Assembly: GCA_030704615.1 (NCBI GenBank)
Contig: CM060731.1
Span: forward strand, 12,586,001-12,650,000
Source of the DNA: Takakia lepidozioides
Lineage: Eukaryota > Plantae > Bryophyta
Length of the DNA stretch: 64,000 bases
Direction: 5' to 3'
In this document: piece by piece, positions 60,553-64,000 of the stretch
Layout: the number at the start of each line of letters is the position of its first letter
Position numbering within the stretch: the first letter of the stretch is position 1
Position numbers and translations under genes: made by a program
Notes under the pieces: generated by a model
What the model was told of the DNA's origin: nothing
Databases searched by the model: none
Seen by the model: the letters and a program-made list of their open reading frames with translations, nothing else

Positions 60553-60930
60553 TGGTGATATGGGCACAAACCTATGTAGCGGTGGGTTTTGCATTGAGAA
60601 ACCCTTCTTGGTATTTGAGACAGATTTGGTGATATGGACACAAACGTATGCGGCGGGGGGTTTCGCATTGAGAAACATTTTTTGGTATTTGAGAAATACT
60701 ATGCAGAAAGTGGGTTTCGCTTTGAGAAACTCTTGCTGGTATTTGAGAAATACTATGCAGAAGTGGGTTTCGCTTTGAGAAACTCTTACTGATATTTCAG
60801 AAATACTATGCAGAAGTGGGTTTTGCTTTGAGAAACTCTTACTGGTATTTTGAGAAATATTGTGCAGAAGTGGGTTTCACTTTGAGAAACACTTCTTGAT
60901 ATTTGAGAAATATTTTGGTGATATGGGCTT
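60553..60930. repeat. Minisatellite, ~53-bp unit, ~6 copies
   Basis: Unit gcagaagtgggtttcgctttgagaaactcttgctggtatttgagaaatactat with variants. Confidence 0.9.
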
Positions 60931-62438
60931 GGTGATGGGGACTTCAATAGTGACCTTCTCATACTTTCTGCTAGAGCTGATTTCTTGTCAGGCTAGTTGA
61001 TACAGAGTTTCGCCCTGCGAAGTTGTGTGGTACATATTATTTCCGTGAGAAATTAACTATGGGCGAGGACCTGCAATTTCAGTTGAAGCCTCACTGCTTA
61101 TTTTCATGCTTGTTATGGAGAAAACGACACGCATATAGGGTAACATGCTCATCGAGTATAGGGGCAGTTTTTAGTTTCGCCAAATTTGTTTCGCAATGGA
61201 AATTTCGTGCAAATTCTGGGAATATGCCTTTGTGCTCACATCGCTACCCAACCTCCTCTGTCTTTGGATTGTGCTGGTTTGATGAGACTCGAGCAACTAA
61301 GAAACCCGAATGCCTGCATTTATGGCGTGAGGGTAAGGCGACGTTTGTCCACTCCGGAGCAAGGCATGTCAGCCAAAAAGACATGTGCATGGTAATTTGA
61401 TTGGGTTGCAGTGGGAGGGGATTGTTGGAGGCCGCATGAGGTTACTGATGCAGTGTTGTTTGCTGTACCCCGTGGAGTAACTTTCCAGCGGACTGCCATA
61501 CCCTTCGACAAAATATATATTTATAATAACACACATTCCTACAGTACAACCTGACAAGATTTGAACCACACCTCATGATCACCACCTACCCACCACTTTC
61601 TATTAACCTCTTAAATAACTACTGTTTTATGTGTATATTTTATGTGTTTTGACTCCCGGTAGGGTGGGCAAACCCTTGGCCACCTTGGCCACCACACACA
61701 CAAGCCCCACTGGAACCACATATGCGAGCATTGAAGACGCTATTATCTTTGAAGGAAGACAATAGGAATAATGTAAGAGCTTAATGGATGCAAGTGATCT
61801 GACGATACTTTCGTCGGATTCCTGTTCTAACCATTGTCCCAAGAATGCCCACTTTGCCATTTTTGCTATTTTTTGTGAATTTCAAGCGACCCAAAGCACT
61901 TGGAATTCGACATCTCCCACACCGTAAGGTCCAAAATCGCCCCTCTTCGTCAAGGGGTTTCCAAATTCCAACTGTACCAAGCATGCATGGGACCTTGGTT
62001 TGGGACATGTCGGGTGTTTGGTTTGGCTCTCTTGCTTTGCTTTGGCACAACATAAGAGGAAGGTAAGACTGGGGAGCATGACTCAGCACAACACACCAAT
62101 CAGCGCCTTGACACGGTGTAAGGTACTTTGACCACATTTTCTCCTTTGACTTGCATGTCTCCGCGCAAAGTCTCTCTCTACGAGAGAGCCAACAAACGTC
62201 TTGCTTCATAGATTGATTATCTTCCATCTTTGAATGAGAAGCTCCAAGTACTCCTCTTCAATTATAGCTAGTTCATTTTTTATTTTCATCTTGATATGTC
62301 CGATGATGATAATGGGTCTATGCGGTGATGGCTGATTCGAATAAGGGTCGTCTAGCAAGTAGAACCGAACAGCCATGTACGCAGACTAGGTCGCAGGCTA
62401 GTGTCTGAAGCACAAGCAATTGGTAGTATACTTTGTGA

Positions 62439-63609
62439 ATGGCGGTGACAGGGGCAGATTTGCAGGGATTGGTTGCAGCATTGGACGCAGCACTGCTGCC
62501 CTGCTTACCGGCTCGAGAGCTTCAAGCAGCCGACCGTTCCACGCATCCATCCCATCAAGGTATGCGCTGCTGTGGTGTCTTTCCCTTTTTCCTCTGGTTC
62601 ATCAAGAGTGTGCTACGAGTAGGATCAGAGTCACAGGTAATTTTGTATTTTGGTGGGTTACTACACGAACTGGCTTAAAAGGATTCGTCCCTGTACAGTG
62701 TCTAAGTGTCTTGTCTAAAATTGTCTTTTCTCTCCCTCTCCCTCTCAGGTCGCTTTCCTGTGCAGTCACTCATGAGAAAAGAACGACGACTCTGGGGCAG
62801 TCATTTCTTGAATTTGAGGTTGCTCGTAGGGTTCTGTTGTCAAGGAGATAAATGGGATAGGTGAGTAAATGAGGTTTGCGAGGGAGAGAGAGAGAGAGAG
62901 GGAGAAATACCCATTATTGTTCGCCAGGTACAGAGTTGTTGTCTTGTATTAGTATAGAAATGTCGTGTGGTCTTTTAAAGCAAGCAACATCCAATATTCA
63001 AAGTAATCTTCACCCTGACTAGGGACTAGATGGACTGATATCAAACAGAGGGTCGGGGGGAGCAGAAAGGGGAGGGAGTTTTGAGGCGGGATAGATGGAG
63101 AAGGTTTTAGGTCTGAAGAATGTAAGCAACAGCCATATATATTCCGTGTTTGGTAGTTTTTTGTATGGTGCTTCCGCCTTCACGTTTGAGAGAACTAAGC
63201 TACAGCAGCAAGGTAGGTTATGCAGAGGAGACAGGGTCTGTGGTTGATCTTTGAGAAGGGATACTCAGGTGAGTGTACTTCTAGTCTATTAGACTTTTTC
63301 CAACTGTGGAACAGACAGACACAGCGGCACCCTTGTGAGATCAATAAAAGTACAAGATTGACTCCTAGCTATCAAGCTCTTTATATATAGATTATATGCA
63401 ATATTTTTAAAAGACCACTTGGATCCATTAGAGTTTTCCTAACAAAGTCTGTGTGGTAAGATCTCTCGCTAACCAGGTTATTTGTATGCACTTCAGTTGA
63501 TGTGGAGAGGCATGCTCGGGAGTTTATGGAGGCAGCAAAGAAATTGCAATTGTTTTTCATTCGAGCCCAACATCAGCAACAACCCATCAGAGAAGAAGCT
63601 CTTAAAAAG
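62439..63609 (+). CDS. MED28: Mediator subunit 28, first two exons (no further exon recognised in the window)
   Basis: Exons 62439-62559 and 63497-63609 give ALDAALLPCLPARELQAADRSTHPSHQVDVERHAREFMEAAKKLQLFF, the conserved plant MED28 block. Confidence 0.92.
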
Positions 63610-64000
63610 GTTTTGATTCTACAGACTCTCAGAGATCAAAATTTGTTTTGTGGGGAGGAGAGAAGGATTGTAACAAAATGGTGGGGACTGAGGGTGGGCG
63701 ATTACTTTCAAGGAAATATAATGCCTTGGCATCAAACATATGCTTCTAATATTGGACGAGTAAACCCCTGCCACTGCCACAAACCTCAGCTTATAAGTTC
63801 CGAACTTGGAACTGCCCATAGCTCTTCTCTTTAAGTCACTGAGATCCTCCCGAAATTCTAGTGTGCATTTCCCGTTCAAACTCAAGTGCAACATGAGATG
63901 AAGAGGAAGACTGGGAGACAGATATGTTCATTACGGTAGCCCAATATTCTGGTAGTGGCATTGACATGATACTAGAGAGCATAATTGTTGACTTCTGTAC

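Noticed and set aside
60553-60930. CRISPR-like array
   Set aside because: Units are contiguous tandem repeats with no unique spacers, no cas genes, and the context is eukaryotic.
124-63894. Most short ORFs in the supplied six-frame track
   Set aside because: They are antisense or alternative-frame shadows of exons, intron read-through, or products of microsatellites and TE remnants.

Overview
Eukaryotic nuclear DNA, most likely from a non-seed land plant (bryophyte or lycophyte). This is inferred from spliceosomal introns, PLS-type PPR fragments, a ciliary FBF1-like gene and a TIR1/COI1-related gene belonging to neither canonical class. Genes that could be spliced by hand into full-length frames: Ku80 (12 exons, one U12-type intron, acidic C-terminal tail), a BCS1-like AAA-ATPase, plastid LPAT1 and a 6-exon TIR1/COI1-family F-box-LRR gene with a remodelled hormone pocket. 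Also present: a large FBF1-like coiled-coil gene (ends uncertain), the first two exons of MED28 and a sarcosine oxidase pseudogene. About 15-34.7 kb is a nested transposon island. It holds a Ty3/gypsy element interrupted by PPR fragments, a second LTR plus PPT, a tRNA-Gly-primed LTR element with a 5' extra ORF and an inverted LTR end, a Ty1/copia pol remnant, a NIF/FCP1-domain pseudogene and PIF/Harbinger remnants. Introns and intergenic DNA carry many 3' ends of two RTEX-like LINE families associated with (CT)n, a tRNA-derived SINE and hAT-type MITEs. All identifications come from manual reading and remembered family motifs; no database search was run.
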